From the IMG/VR virus record IMGVR_UViG_3300037852_000224, positions 1 to 58,934 of that record: a stretch of 58,934 bases of DNA, one strand, 5' to 3'. Position 1 is the first letter of the stretch, and every line of letters starts with the position of its first letter. The DNA is from a virus (taxonomy: Duplodnaviria; Caudoviricetes). Position numbers and translations under genes: made by a program. Under the pieces are notes generated by a model. The model was not told the origin of the DNA. It worked only from the letters and a program-made list of their open reading frames with translations, and ran no database searches. Shown here in pieces: positions 27,334 to 37,029 of the stretch.

Positions 27334-28359
27334 TTACCGCCGCATCCCGAACGCGCCACGGAACGCTCCGACGCCGGACGGTGGGGTCTTGCTCACCGGA
27401 GCCAGCATCATCGGCATTCCCGCTTTAATGGGGTTCTGCGGGACAACAAAACTCCCCGCCATGATATCCCCCATACCGGACAATGCAAGCGCGTTGGTCA
27501 GCGATGGAGGAGCGATGATGGTCAGGATCTGACTGGCCGCCTGCGCCAGCCCGCCCAACATTACTGCATCCCCAAACGGTTCACCAACAAATTTGCGCCC
27601 TGCCCACCCGGCGGCAAACGCCCCGCCGACGGTGATGGCCACTCCCATCCACGGACTCCCCCCGCCGAGACTGGTGATACTCGCCGGAAGCAATGTGGGT
27701 AAGTACTTGGTCGCAGCCACGCCGATGAGAATCCCACCGGTCATGGTCAACAGGTCTTTGCCCGAGCTGCGCCCAAAAATCGACGGGTTGCGATGACGCA
27801 TGGTGTAACGCCGGTGGGAATTATGCCGACGCCGACGATGCCTCACTACTCCCGTGTTGTGCCGACGATACCGGCGGCGGCGGTGAACCGGGGGGTTGTG
27901 CGCCACTCGGGTACGCCGACGATGCATTGTGTATCTCCGCCTGCGCCGGGGAACCGCAGCACGCGTGTTACGGCGGCGGCGGCGGATACTGGTCTTACGT
28001 TTACGTGCTGCCACTGACTTTGTTCTCCTTTTTCTTGGATTGATCGCGCCCAGTTCGATGAGGATCGGATTGGGCCGTACTGCGGCACGACGGCGGCGAG
28101 TGTATCGCTTACGTCGTGAATGCACAGGACGGGAGGTAGGGTTGGCCCGTACTCCCCGCTTGCGCAATTCCTTTTTCAATTGCTTGACCGAATACCGCTT
28201 GATGACGGCGCCTGTACGCCGACGGTGGGCGGTGCGCTTACCATGGGATGATGCGTTCCGCTTTAGGAATCTTCCCTTGGAGTTACGTTTTAACGAGAAT
28301 CGTTTGCGACCGGCGCGGCGTGGATTCGAGATCCGGCGGACCAGTCTGACAGTTGCCAT
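27334..28359 (-). CDS. Arg-rich protamine-like core protein with C-terminal TM helices
   Basis: About 190 aa of R/K-rich sequence punctuated by NP, then three hydrophobic helices and GMGD...VPQNPI. Confidence 0.7.
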   Translation of the reverse strand: MATVRLVRRISNPRRAGRKRFSLKRNSKGRFLKRNASSHGKRTAHRRRTGAVIKRYSVKQLKKELRKRGVRANPTSRPVHSRRKRYTRRRRAAVRPNPILIELGAINPRKRRTKSVAARKRKTSIRRRRRNTRAAVPRRRRRYTMHRRRTRVAHNPPVHRRRRYRRHNTGVVRHRRRRHNSHRRYTMRHRNPSIFGRSSGKDLLTMTGGILIGVAATKYLPTLLPASITSLGGGSPWMGVAITVGGAFAAGWAGRKFVGEPFGDAVMLGGLAQAASQILTIIAPPSLTNALALSGMGDIMAGSFVVPQNPIKAGMPMMLAPVSKTPPSGVGAFRGAFGMRR

Positions 28360-28408
28360 TTACATTACTCCTTCCTTCCTGTATGTCGTGTCGTGTCCTG
28401 GTCCCCTA

Positions 28409-28777
28409 CTACGTCGTGATCGAATTGGGCCGCATGATCGCGATTTCACTGGTGAATCCAGACCCAGTGGCGGCGGTTTTACTCACCGTCACAGTGTTGG
28501 AATCCGTCAGTACGACGTTCGGCGGAGTGGTTACCGCTGTCGTCCCAGTCTGTGACGCCAAACGGAAATCGACAATCGGGAATCCAAATCCCAATCCGAA
28601 TCCCGCGACCGCCATGTTGTGTACTACCGCTGCGGTAGTGTCTGCATCGCCCATAATCACCTGAGCGGTGACCGTGGAGATGTCCACTGCTTGTGCGGCG
28701 GTAGGAGGTACGGTCCCGGCGACAAAACCGTTGCCGGTTAACTGCCCCGCGTACCTGTAATTGATTGTTGCTGCCAT
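28409..28777 (-). CDS. Small beta-rich structural protein
   Basis: SD GGAGG; Thr/Val/Ala-rich strands. Confidence 0.55.
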   Translation of the reverse strand: MAATINYRYAGQLTGNGFVAGTVPPTAAQAVDISTVTAQVIMGDADTTAAVVHNMAVAGFGLGFGFPIVDFRLASQTGTTAVTTPPNVVLTDSNTVTVSKTAATGSGFTSEIAIMRPNSITT

Positions 28778-28803
28778 TTACTGCCTCCTTTCTTCCTTTC
28801 GTT

Positions 28804-30351
28804 CTATACCGCCGCTGGACATGCAAACACAGGGACAATGTCCTCGTCCTTTGCGTCCATTCGTGGTAGCTTCGGAGCCTTGGATGGTGGAGCAGGGACA
28901 GTGGCAGTGTTAAACTTCACTCCCCCCGCAGGCAAAGTTAAAATGTCACGTAACTTTAAGTGTGGAACGGCCACACGGCGGTCCACGTAAATCTGGAATC
29001 CCTTGTCGATGGCACGGGAGCAGAAGGATACGTCTTCACCGCTGAAATCGAATCCCCCGCCGTCCACGCCGGTGTCGGTTCGAATTAACGGTGAGAACGC
29101 CAATGGGGTCATGGCTTCAAGTAAACTGCGGCGGAACAGTACAACCGGGAATCCCGTGTAATCCACCCGGTGGAAATCGGCACATTCCGGCCCCAGGAAT
29201 TCTTCCTCTGGGATAGGGATGGTGGTATTGTCGTTGGCCAATGCCCCACACGATATCTTCCGCTCCGTATGGACGAACGGCGTGCCGATTAACGTCCACC
29301 CGGCGACCATCGCGGCGTGTGGAGCGTACTCCAGGTCGGTAATCAATTGCAGGACGTTGGCCAGTGTGACGAGGTTGTCATCGTCAATCGACAACATGTA
29401 GTCCACCGGGGGAGTAATCGCCAGCGCCTCCCGTGCCGCGACGATTCGCGTCTGATACACATTGGAGGAATTGAACTGGATGACGATGGCGTGATGATAT
29501 TGGCCAATGGTGGAGATTAACGTGGTCCATGCGTTCACCCATGCGGCACTAAACGTCTCCCCGGAGACACACAGAGCGATCCTTCGCCGTGGGATAGGGG
29601 CAGTGGTGGCGATAGCGGTATGGGTGGCTATGTCCACTTCCTTAAACCCGTTTGCCCGCCGCGCCATGAACAACTGCTGCCCTAGATTGTACGCCGTCTG
29701 CCGATTCTGCGCCGCGTAGGCGCCATCCATCTGCACGGTGGAGTCGAAGTAGGGGTGACGATGGGGGAACAGGATGGAGCGATCCATCCGCACGATGACG
29801 CATTCCCCGTTCGATTCGTCCTGTATTGCGTGCTCACAGAGGTCGTTGTCGGAGTACATGGATTCGTACCCTGGATAGAGGAGGTATCCAAGGGAGTGGT
29901 AACGCTCACGAGAGACGATGGGCATAGGCATGATGCGGCGTTCCACTTCATGTGGAGTTCCTGTGTTGACCCAGACAACGAATCGGGACTCATCCCCGGC
30001 CTGTGAAGTAATCGCCTGCTCCATCAGCGTGTCCCAATGCAGGGCTGGGTACTGGTCGTCGGCGTTGACAATGAACACATCGCCAGTAGCGTACTTGGCG
30101 GCGAGGTTGACACCGTCCACGTAGCACTTGCGTTCTGTGTTCCAGACCAATTTATCCTTGTGTCCGCCAAATCTCTCCAGATCCATGAAACCGTTGGGCC
30201 ATTCCTCTTCCTTTTCCGTAAACCCCCATCTCTTATCCGCGCACAACACGTACTCCACGTTAGATGGATTGTCCGCCGCCGCAATCCACGCGTTGTATAC
30301 TTCCTTCCACTTCCCCGGTCGTGCACTGGTGTGTAAAATGCTAAACGTCAT
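28804..30351 (-). CDS. Tandem two-domain GT-A glycosyltransferase
   Basis: FSILH...VNADDQY...YSDNDL and SIDDDN...TGF...GEDVSFC. Confidence 0.8.
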   Translation of the reverse strand: MTFSILHTSARPGKWKEVYNAWIAAADNPSNVEYVLCADKRWGFTEKEEEWPNGFMDLERFGGHKDKLVWNTERKCYVDGVNLAAKYATGDVFIVNADDQYPALHWDTLMEQAITSQAGDESRFVVWVNTGTPHEVERRIMPMPIVSRERYHSLGYLLYPGYESMYSDNDLCEHAIQDESNGECVIVRMDRSILFPHRHPYFDSTVQMDGAYAAQNRQTAYNLGQQLFMARRANGFKEVDIATHTAIATTAPIPRRRIALCVSGETFSAAWVNAWTTLISTIGQYHHAIVIQFNSSNVYQTRIVAAREALAITPPVDYMLSIDDDNLVTLANVLQLITDLEYAPHAAMVAGWTLIGTPFVHTERKISCGALANDNTTIPIPEEEFLGPECADFHRVDYTGFPVVLFRRSLLEAMTPLAFSPLIRTDTGVDGGGFDFSGEDVSFCSRAIDKGFQIYVDRRVAVPHLKLRDILTLPAGGVKFNTATVPAPPSKAPKLPRMDAKDEDIVPVFACPAAV

Positions 30352-30725
30352 TGGATGGTCATTCCCCTCTTCAAATCGTTTTCACGATACGGCAGCCTGT
30401 GTCCTCTCAACCGCTCCAAGTACACTGTATCCATGCTCTCCATGGTCGGCACCCCTGGAATCAATTGAGCACGCATGCTCCCGATGTATTTGTCACAATC
30501 CTCTGTACACCCTGTCCCACTCGCACACCCAAGGCAGCAAAACTGACTACACCACTCCGCTGAAGCAGTGCAGGCGAAACGGTCACACTCCGATTTCTTA
30601 CATGCGTAGAAGTGTACGATATAGCGTTTGCCCACCGGCTCCGGCCCAAACGCAAAAGCGGAATACACTTTCACGTTCACAGCCGAATTGTCAAACCCAG
30701 GTTTAAACTTGTTCTCCATGTTCAA
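30348..30725 (-). CDS. Cys-rich hypothetical protein
   Basis: Dense Cys cluster in the central segment; translational coupling on both sides. Confidence 0.55.
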   Translation of the reverse strand: MNMENKFKPGFDNSAVNVKVYSAFAFGPEPVGKRYIVHFYACKKSECDRFACTASAEWCSQFCCLGCASGTGCTEDCDKYIGSMRAQLIPGVPTMESMDTVYLERLRGHRLPYRENDLKRGMTIQ

Positions 30726-32626
30726 TCTTCAATCCCCGGACTCGTTTCCAACACCGGCAGGGAGATAAAATACACCCCCCCGTCCAAATACAATTGCTGA
30801 TTCCTAATGTCGTACCGCAATTGCGGCATGGTCCCGCCGGAATCCTCACTGAAGGAGTGGATGTACTGTGTTGGTTGGAACTTGTCGAAGTCCTTTTCCG
30901 TCTCGTACGCGATGCACACCACATCACCGACGATGTACGATTCCTTATCCTTCTCCTCACCCGTCGCCTGAAACACACTCAGGTCTAATTCCTGATCCCC
31001 ACCGTCGAGGAATAGTTGTTTCCCATTCTCCGTGGACGTGAGCATGCAATCTTCCGTGGACTGGTCGGCTTTGACGAATCCCCCGTCCCGTTTGTCGTTC
31101 CACTTGTAATCCCGTGGGATGTGGCCCTTCCATTCGTAGCCTGACAGGCCGATGACGATTCGCCCTACCGTGGGGGAATCGACAATGAGACCGCAGCATA
31201 CCGCGAGTCCACCGACATTCTCGTGGTAGTGGAAGTCTTTTTCGATAACGATGGTGGAGGTGGAGGGCTTACCGTGGAATTTTGCGTAAAGATCGTTGGC
31301 GGTGGATTCAGGATTGGACTTCATTGGCTTACCCACTCGGCCACTAGCAAGTACCGCTCTATTCTCCGGTGTGTCATCAACAAAATAGAGATTGGACTTA
31401 GAGCCGAGGGAAACAGGCCCATACCACTTAACTCCCGACACCATCTTTTTCAGTCTTCCAGCTTGACTATGGGAGGATACCTGCACCAACAATTTGCCAT
31501 CCCGCTTTGCCCTTTCCTTGGCGTGTTTAGTAAGTGTGTAAGATGGATTCCGCCGGAGCGGCCCAAATCCTTTCGGCAATCTCGACATGCCCGGCCCGGC
31601 CCGCCGTTCCACCTCAATCCTCAATTCCGTTTGCTTCCGATGCAGCTCTTTCATCCGCCTTGCCAATGGATCGTCCAACTTAAAGGTCTCGGAAGGACGT
31701 TCATTCCCCCGTCCTGCATCGATCATTTCCCGAGTTAACTTACTACTCTGCACGTCCAGCTTGTCCAGTGCCTTGTTAATCTGCCCAGCGGTCATACTGT
31801 GGATATCGGGATTGTGTTTGCCCGCAAGCTTACTCCCCACCCTCCCCAACTGCCGATCCAAATACCTCCCCACGGATTTCCCAGTCTGAGTAATGCCGGA
31901 GACGGTGGATTCAATGGGGCCGGGATTACCCTGATACGGCGTCAGCCTTCCAGACGACAGGGCACGTTCAGGCCCAAGCGTTTCGTGCAATCGCTGCCAG
32001 TCTCCAAACTTATTCCCATCCGGTCCCTTCCCAGGTTTGAATCCAGGGTGGCGGAAGGACGGACGGATATACCACTTTTTTCCACGCTTCTGGAACAGAG
32101 AGCCATAAGCGGCATCGATATAAACCGGGCTGTTACTGTTGGGATTCGACGCCACAAATCTTTTCGCCTCCGCCAGCGATTCAAACCGGGATTCCTTGTC
32201 AATCGCCGGAATTATATATTCATCTCCCACCCGATCAATCTTGTACCCCTTAAACCGCACACTCCCGCCAGCCTCCACCTTCTCCGGGCCGGTCTTTTTC
32301 ACATACTCCCTATGCTCATCCCTCACTCCCTTTTCATACGCCGACCGCAGCTTGTTCACCAAACTGGAATGGTGCGTATCCCGTTCGCTCTGCGGCAGTC
32401 TGCGGTACCAATCCTCAAACCCTCCGGTGTCCCTCATCCCACCCTGCCCACGGTAGCCGTCGTCATACGCTTGTTGCAGATACCGGGATGAGAACGTGAC
32501 GGTGGGACGGGCAGTCTTACCACTACCCTTGGCCTTACCTTTGGCCTTGGATTTTGACTTGGACCCACCAAACCCAAAAAGGTTCGATTTCGCCTTTCTC
32601 CTCCGGGATGTTGCCGTTGCCGCCAT
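30722..32626 (-). CDS. Basic mosaic protein of NP-delimited modules (core/cargo candidate)
   Basis: K/R-rich; segments end in SNP, GNP, HNP, RNP, SNP; globular C-terminal domain. Confidence 0.65.
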   Translation of the reverse strand: MAATATSRRRKAKSNLFGFGGSKSKSKAKGKAKGSGKTARPTVTFSSRYLQQAYDDGYRGQGGMRDTGGFEDWYRRLPQSERDTHHSSLVNKLRSAYEKGVRDEHREYVKKTGPEKVEAGGSVRFKGYKIDRVGDEYIIPAIDKESRFESLAEAKRFVASNPNSNSPVYIDAAYGSLFQKRGKKWYIRPSFRHPGFKPGKGPDGNKFGDWQRLHETLGPERALSSGRLTPYQGNPGPIESTVSGITQTGKSVGRYLDRQLGRVGSKLAGKHNPDIHSMTAGQINKALDKLDVQSSKLTREMIDAGRGNERPSETFKLDDPLARRMKELHRKQTELRIEVERRAGPGMSRLPKGFGPLRRNPSYTLTKHAKERAKRDGKLLVQVSSHSQAGRLKKMVSGVKWYGPVSLGSKSNLYFVDDTPENRAVLASGRVGKPMKSNPESTANDLYAKFHGKPSTSTIVIEKDFHYHENVGGLAVCCGLIVDSPTVGRIVIGLSGYEWKGHIPRDYKWNDKRDGGFVKADQSTEDCMLTSTENGKQLFLDGGDQELDLSVFQATGEEKDKESYIVGDVVCIAYETEKDFDKFQPTQYIHSFSEDSGGTMPQLRYDIRNQQLYLDGGVYFISLPVLETSPGIED

Positions 32627-32632
32627 CGTGAG

Positions 32633-32645
32633 TTTACGCCGTAAA
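32633..32645. promoter_or_regulatory. Palindrome TTTACGCCGTAAA (copy 4, intergenic)
   Basis: Exact motif. Confidence 0.75.
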
Positions 32646-32649
32646 CATC

Positions 32650-33156
32650 CTACGACCGGTACGCCCGGTACGCGCTACGGGCACGGCTGACACGGGATGG
32701 ACCAGTAGACCCCGACAGGAAAAAGAACAGTACCGCCGCTCCCAGTAAATACCCATATACCGGGATGCCCATAATCGTGTCGGACAACGCGGTGGAATAA
32801 TTCCCCGCGCCTAAATCCGTGGTGAATTGAGTCCAATCCGTTGTCAGCGTCCCCATCCCACCGTGGCCGCCACATCCTCCGCCACATCCACACCCACCGC
32901 CACATCCCCCCACCTTGCTCCCGTTCAACTGCCCAGGGGTGGTGGACTGTTGCCCAATTAATTTCACCCGACCGGAGGTGTAATCCTTAATCGGGTTCTG
33001 TGGTACGGCGAATGCCGCTGGGAGGATGTCGCCGATCCCAGGGGTGTAGGTGATTCCAGACAAGCCGACATCGATGGGGTTCTGTGGGACGGCGAACCAC
33101 CCCGCGAGTAGATCGCCTAATCCCGGTGCCGGATGAATGCTAAGATTGCCAGCCAT
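32650..33156 (-). CDS. Membrane protein with two G(L/I)GD...F.VPQNPI repeats and a Gly/Cys tract
   Basis: Repeats visible; GGCGGGCGCGGGCGG; TM helix and basic tail. Confidence 0.7.
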   Translation of the reverse strand: MAGNLSIHPAPGLGDLLAGWFAVPQNPIDVGLSGITYTPGIGDILPAAFAVPQNPIKDYTSGRVKLIGQQSTTPGQLNGSKVGGCGGGCGCGGGCGGHGGMGTLTTDWTQFTTDLGAGNYSTALSDTIMGIPVYGYLLGAAVLFFFLSGSTGPSRVSRARSAYRAYRS

Positions 33157-33181
33157 GTTCAATTTCCTTTCCGTTTCCGTT

Positions 33182-33502
33182 TCATTTCTTGATAACTGCG
33201 ATGAGCACCAACCCACCGAGAAGTAAGCCAATTAACGTGCCGCAACTCACACCGGCATAAGTGGAACACACATCCGGTAAGCCGACCGCTCCGGGGTTGG
33301 CAGCGAGACACGCCATTTCACTGGCGGAGCAAGTGGTGGTGGCTGGGTTGCCGCCGATGAGTGGAATGGCGCTGTACACCACCGTGGACAGACTGGAGCA
33401 GTGGACTTCTCCAGGATCGTGCGTGGCGTCATAACACGTACCTCCCGGCGGGATGCCGGTTTGGCCGAGACCAGACAGTGCAGGGAGTGTGGCGAGTGTC
33501 AT
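33182..33502 (-). CDS. Cys-rich tail-anchored membrane protein
   Basis: LSGLGQ; 6 Cys; TM-KK end. Confidence 0.7.
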   Translation of the reverse strand: MTLATLPALSGLGQTGIPPGGTCYDATHDPGEVHCSSLSTVVYSAIPLIGGNPATTTCSASEMACLAANPGAVGLPDVCSTYAGVSCGTLIGLLLGGLVLIAVIKK

Positions 33503-33985
33503 CTACTTTTTACCTGCCGACAGGATGATGAATGCGCCGCCTAGGACCAGTAACACCGGGAGGACGGATGGAGACGGCGATGTAACGCCGGGGCTGGAGG
33601 CCGCCGCGTTCAATTGAGCAGTGTAGGGACTCACTGTACTGTCGCCACCCACCGGCATTTGATTGTTCAACGCATCCAAGGCATTGGCGGAATAGGTGTC
33701 TAGGTTGACCGCCGGTCCAGTAGTGGAAACGTACGGCATGACCAGACTGGTATCCACCGGCGAGACCGGCTGGACGAATGCCGGTTGATACGCCATGGTC
33801 TGCCCCAGGTTGGCCCGCCGAGTTAGTGTATACCCCGCCCCTGTGCCGGAATCGCCTCCGGTGTCGTAGGGGAACGATAGTGCCGTCTGTCCCAATCCAC
33901 GCACCGTTCCAATCCCCACGCCACGATTCGCGATGGGGGAAGTTTGCACGCCACACCTTACGGCTTGATTGAGGATGTTGTTCAC
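33503..33985 (-). CDS. Tail-anchored membrane protein
   Basis: GTG start overlaps upstream TGA; VRGLGQ, ANLGQ; TM-GKK end. Confidence 0.65.
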   Translation of the reverse strand: MNNILNQAVRCGVQTSPIANRGVGIGTVRGLGQTALSFPYDTGGDSGTGAGYTLTRRANLGQTMAYQPAFVQPVSPVDTSLVMPYVSTTGPAVNLDTYSANALDALNNQMPVGGDSTVSPYTAQLNAAASSPGVTSPSPSVLPVLLVLGGAFIILSAGKK

Positions 33986-34377
33986 TTTCCACCTCCACCG
34001 CTGAATAGGAATAGAGCAAGACCACCGAGGATGAGCAATACACCAGGGGATAGGAACGATGCCGGAGCCGCCACCACTGGCGTGCTCACTACCGCCGCCA
34101 TTGTGCCAGGGGATACAGCATACACACCGACCGTGCCGGGGACACATTGATTTTGGCTTGCATCCATTTCATACCCACTGGGACATGCGCACGGCGTGTA
34201 ACCAGTAAGGTTCACATTCAACGGACACGCTGGAGTCCCCGGTGGGATGACGCCAATACAATTCCCCGACCCTTGTGGATCGCACACGGTTCCAGGAGGA
34301 CACACGATGAGATCCCCGGTTAACTGGTCGGTGCAGGTTGCCGCCTGCCCCATACCACGGCGGGATGTAGTGGCCAT
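33982..34377 (-). CDS. Cys-rich tail-anchored membrane protein
   Basis: RRGMGQ; 8 Cys; C-terminal TM. Confidence 0.7.
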   Translation of the reverse strand: MATTSRRGMGQAATCTDQLTGDLIVCPPGTVCDPQGSGNCIGVIPPGTPACPLNVNLTGYTPCACPSGYEMDASQNQCVPGTVGVYAVSPGTMAAVVSTPVVAAPASFLSPGVLLILGGLALFLFSGGGGK

Positions 34378-34389
34378 CGTCACAGTGGA

Positions 34390-34551
34390 TTACTGTTCCT
34401 TCTTACCTTTCCCGCCGAATAGGCCCAGCAACAGTACTCCTGCACTGGTGAGCCAGAACCACGTGATGTCGGGGCAGGATTGTTGCCCGCCGATTTGGTA
34501 CGATGGCCGACCGGCGCAAGTGGGTTTGGTGGACCACCCAAGACACATCAT
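34390..34551 (-). CDS. 53-aa tail-anchored membrane protein (absent from the ORF track)
   Basis: AAGGAG SD; MMCLGWSTKPTCAGRPSYQIGGQQSCPDITWFWLTSAGVLLLGLFGGKGKKEQ. Confidence 0.6.
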   Translation of the reverse strand: MMCLGWSTKPTCAGRPSYQIGGQQSCPDITWFWLTSAGVLLLGLFGGKGKKEQ

Positions 34552-34590
34552 TGTCGAATCTCCTTATTCATGTTCGATGTTCATCGATGC

Positions 34591-35226
34591 TCAATTGACC
34601 ATAGACTTTCGGAACGGCCCACGGAATCCACCACTAAACCCCTTGCCGCCGCCGAAGGATGGAAGGTTGGGGAGGTCAACGATATTGCCCATCCCTTGCA
34701 GTCCACTCCCTTGAGGATTGATGGTAAAATTCAGGCTCACTGGTTGGGCTTGCCCAACCTGCCATGTCTCCTGCCATACCCCGACATCGGTAGAGTCCCA
34801 AGACCCCGTAATTATCTTTTGTCCGTTGGCGTCGGTCGTGCCGAATTGGCTGCTGGATACAGCTCCACCGTTGAAACTTGCGGTGCCGGTCACAGGTTGA
34901 TTCGGCGGTCCTTTGACGATGAGTTGGAAAGAGTCGCCAGCGGCATACACGCCGGTCGCACCAGTGGACACGTCATTCAACTGTACTGTGGTGGCAGCAG
35001 GGAGAGACACTGTGCCGGTTGCGCCAGCGGCGGGGGCGGTAGTGACCGGAGCGGCTACTGCGGGAGTGGTTGTGCCACCGAACCATTGCTGCCAATATGT
35101 CGGCCCAACCTGTACCCCAGTGGCGCTGAACGCCGCACCGTTGGGTCCGTAATTGTTGAGATACCAGTACAGTAAGTAGCCGCCACCAGCCACCAACGCC
35201 AAAGTCATCAAGTCGTCTTTTTTCAT
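34591..35226 (-). CDS. N-anchored membrane protein with Ig-like domain
   Basis: N-terminal TM; GTTDANGQ beta domain; LQGMGN near the C-terminus. Confidence 0.65.
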   Translation of the reverse strand: MKKDDLMTLALVAGGGYLLYWYLNNYGPNGAAFSATGVQVGPTYWQQWFGGTTTPAVAAPVTTAPAAGATGTVSLPAATTVQLNDVSTGATGVYAAGDSFQLIVKGPPNQPVTGTASFNGGAVSSSQFGTTDANGQKIITGSWDSTDVGVWQETWQVGQAQPVSLNFTINPQGSGLQGMGNIVDLPNLPSFGGGKGFSGGFRGPFRKSMVN

Positions 35227-35240
35227 ATTCCCTTTGCCTC

Positions 35241-35681
35241 TTACCGTTTATTCCTGCCGCCACTGGTCACCAACAACGCCAACGCACCGAGACCCAATAG
35301 TGCGAGGAGTGGATTGTCGTTCACCCAACTGGACATCACATCCGCGCAAGGTTGAGCGATCACAGCGGGAGTGGTGTCTATAATCGACGGCATCCTCGCT
35401 GCCATCCCCGGCACCGTCACCACTGGCATCGGTGCCACCACAGCGGCAGTGTTGACCATCGACGGCATAGTAGCGAGTGCCGCCGATTGTGATTTCGGTG
35501 TGCACCCTGGGATGCGGCTTTGATACGGAACACACTGCGGGTCGTCGCACACTTTAGCCCCGACGTATCCAGCGAGACTACAGGCTTGGATCGTAGCCGG
35601 ATCGGTCGGCACTCCACATTGCGCCATGAGGCACACAGTGGGATCTACACCGGAGGGAGTGGACAATTGGCCTAGTCTCAT
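35241..35681 (-). CDS. Cys-rich tail-anchored membrane protein
   Basis: MRLGQ; ends WVNDNPLLALLGLGALALL. Confidence 0.7.
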   Translation of the reverse strand: MRLGQLSTPSGVDPTVCLMAQCGVPTDPATIQACSLAGYVGAKVCDDPQCVPYQSRIPGCTPKSQSAALATMPSMVNTAAVVAPMPVVTVPGMAARMPSIIDTTPAVIAQPCADVMSSWVNDNPLLALLGLGALALLVTSGGRNKR

Positions 35682-36211
35682 CGCCGTGCCACCAGCCATG
35701 CCAACGCCGCCAGCCCCGCGAGTGCAAGCAGGGGATTGTCATTGATCCATTGCGCCATGGGATTCCCACATCCACCAATCACCATCGTGTTGGGTTGCAC
35801 AATGGACGGCATGCGTTGGCGTAAGTCATACGGCCCCGGTCCAGGTGCGGCACCATAACCATAGCCACCATCGGGTCCATAACTCCCTCCAGGACCATAG
35901 CCGCCGGATGGGCCATTGCCTGTGTCCGTGATCGACGGCATCCCAGCGGTGGTTGCCGATGGCATGGGTACAGTGGACGCCGATGGCACAGGACTACCGG
36001 TTCCAGTTGGCGCCGCCGATGTGGTGACCAAAGGATTGGCGGTGGAGGCTATATTCACCGGTATGGCTTGCCCGGCCTGTCCAGGGTTGTAGTAGCTGGC
36101 TCCACCACTCAATGAGTAAAGAGTACTGAGGAACAATGGAGCGGACGGTGAGTAATCCGGCGCGTTCTGCAACTGCGCCGCTACGATATCGCCCATGCTC
36201 AATTTCGCCAT
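35678..36211 (-). CDS. Tail-anchored membrane protein with an anchor paralogous to 35241-35681
   Basis: LSMGD; GGYGP repeats; WINDNPLLALAGLAALAWL. Confidence 0.7.
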   Translation of the reverse strand: MAKLSMGDIVAAQLQNAPDYSPSAPLFLSTLYSLSGGASYYNPGQAGQAIPVNIASTANPLVTTSAAPTGTGSPVPSASTVPMPSATTAGMPSITDTGNGPSGGYGPGGSYGPDGGYGYGAAPGPGPYDLRQRMPSIVQPNTMVIGGCGNPMAQWINDNPLLALAGLAALAWLVARR

Positions 36212-36216
36212 GTGGA

Positions 36217-37017
36217 TTACGCCTTCCCCAGCAGGAACAATCCCGCCGCCGCTGCCGCAAGGATTATCCAATTAGCCTGCAACCATTGCGTGATCTCGTC
36301 CGGCGCCACGGTGGATTGTGTCTGCTGCGTCCCACCCACTGGTTGCGTCCCACTACCGGATTGATTGGTTGCGTTATTAATCTGCGCCTGTGTCGGCGTG
36401 GCCGGGGCGGTCGGGGCGTTTGTCACCAGTGCATTAGCTGTCGGTGCACCAGTAGTGATGCTCACCGGCGGGCCGTACTGTATCGCGGCTTGCGACGGCA
36501 TGTTCTGCGGCGACGTGTTGGGGTTGACCACAATCGGCCCGTAGTAATCCCCACTCGCCGCGTTCGCCGCTTCCGTCGCCCACACCGACGCTGGGAATCC
36601 GCCGAAGAAAGATTGCAATTGCGAGATGTACGGAGCCAACGCAGCGGGCAGATTATTACACGCCGCATCCGGTGGGCATCCAATCAATCCAACATCCTGA
36701 TTCACCACGGCGCAATACTGTTGCGCAATCGCCATGGCCTGCTGCTGCGCCGCTTCACTGGGGGAGCCGCATGGCGCACCGCCACCAGGGCCACACCCTA
36801 CCGCCGCGTCCGTTTGTGGTTCCGCCGACAACGATGCCATCCACTGTTGCATGTATCCATCGAAATTGGATTCTGGACATCCCGCCGGGGCTTGACCTAA
36901 TCGTCCCAACCCCCGCATTCCCGGATAACCAGCACGCCGACGATACGCATACGCCCGTGCGGCGCCGGGAGGGATCGGGGTCATCGGTCCTGTTGACTGG
37001 CGGGATGCAAGCACCAT
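36217..37017 (-). CDS. Cys-containing tail-anchored membrane protein
   Basis: MRGLGRLGQ; C-terminal TM. Confidence 0.7.
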   Translation of the reverse strand: MVLASRQSTGPMTPIPPGAARAYAYRRRAGYPGMRGLGRLGQAPAGCPESNFDGYMQQWMASLSAEPQTDAAVGCGPGGGAPCGSPSEAAQQQAMAIAQQYCAVVNQDVGLIGCPPDAACNNLPAALAPYISQLQSFFGGFPASVWATEAANAASGDYYGPIVVNPNTSPQNMPSQAAIQYGPPVSITTGAPTANALVTNAPTAPATPTQAQINNATNQSGSGTQPVGGTQQTQSTVAPDEITQWLQANWIILAAAAAGLFLLGKA

Positions 37018-37029
37018 AAGGATTCTCCT

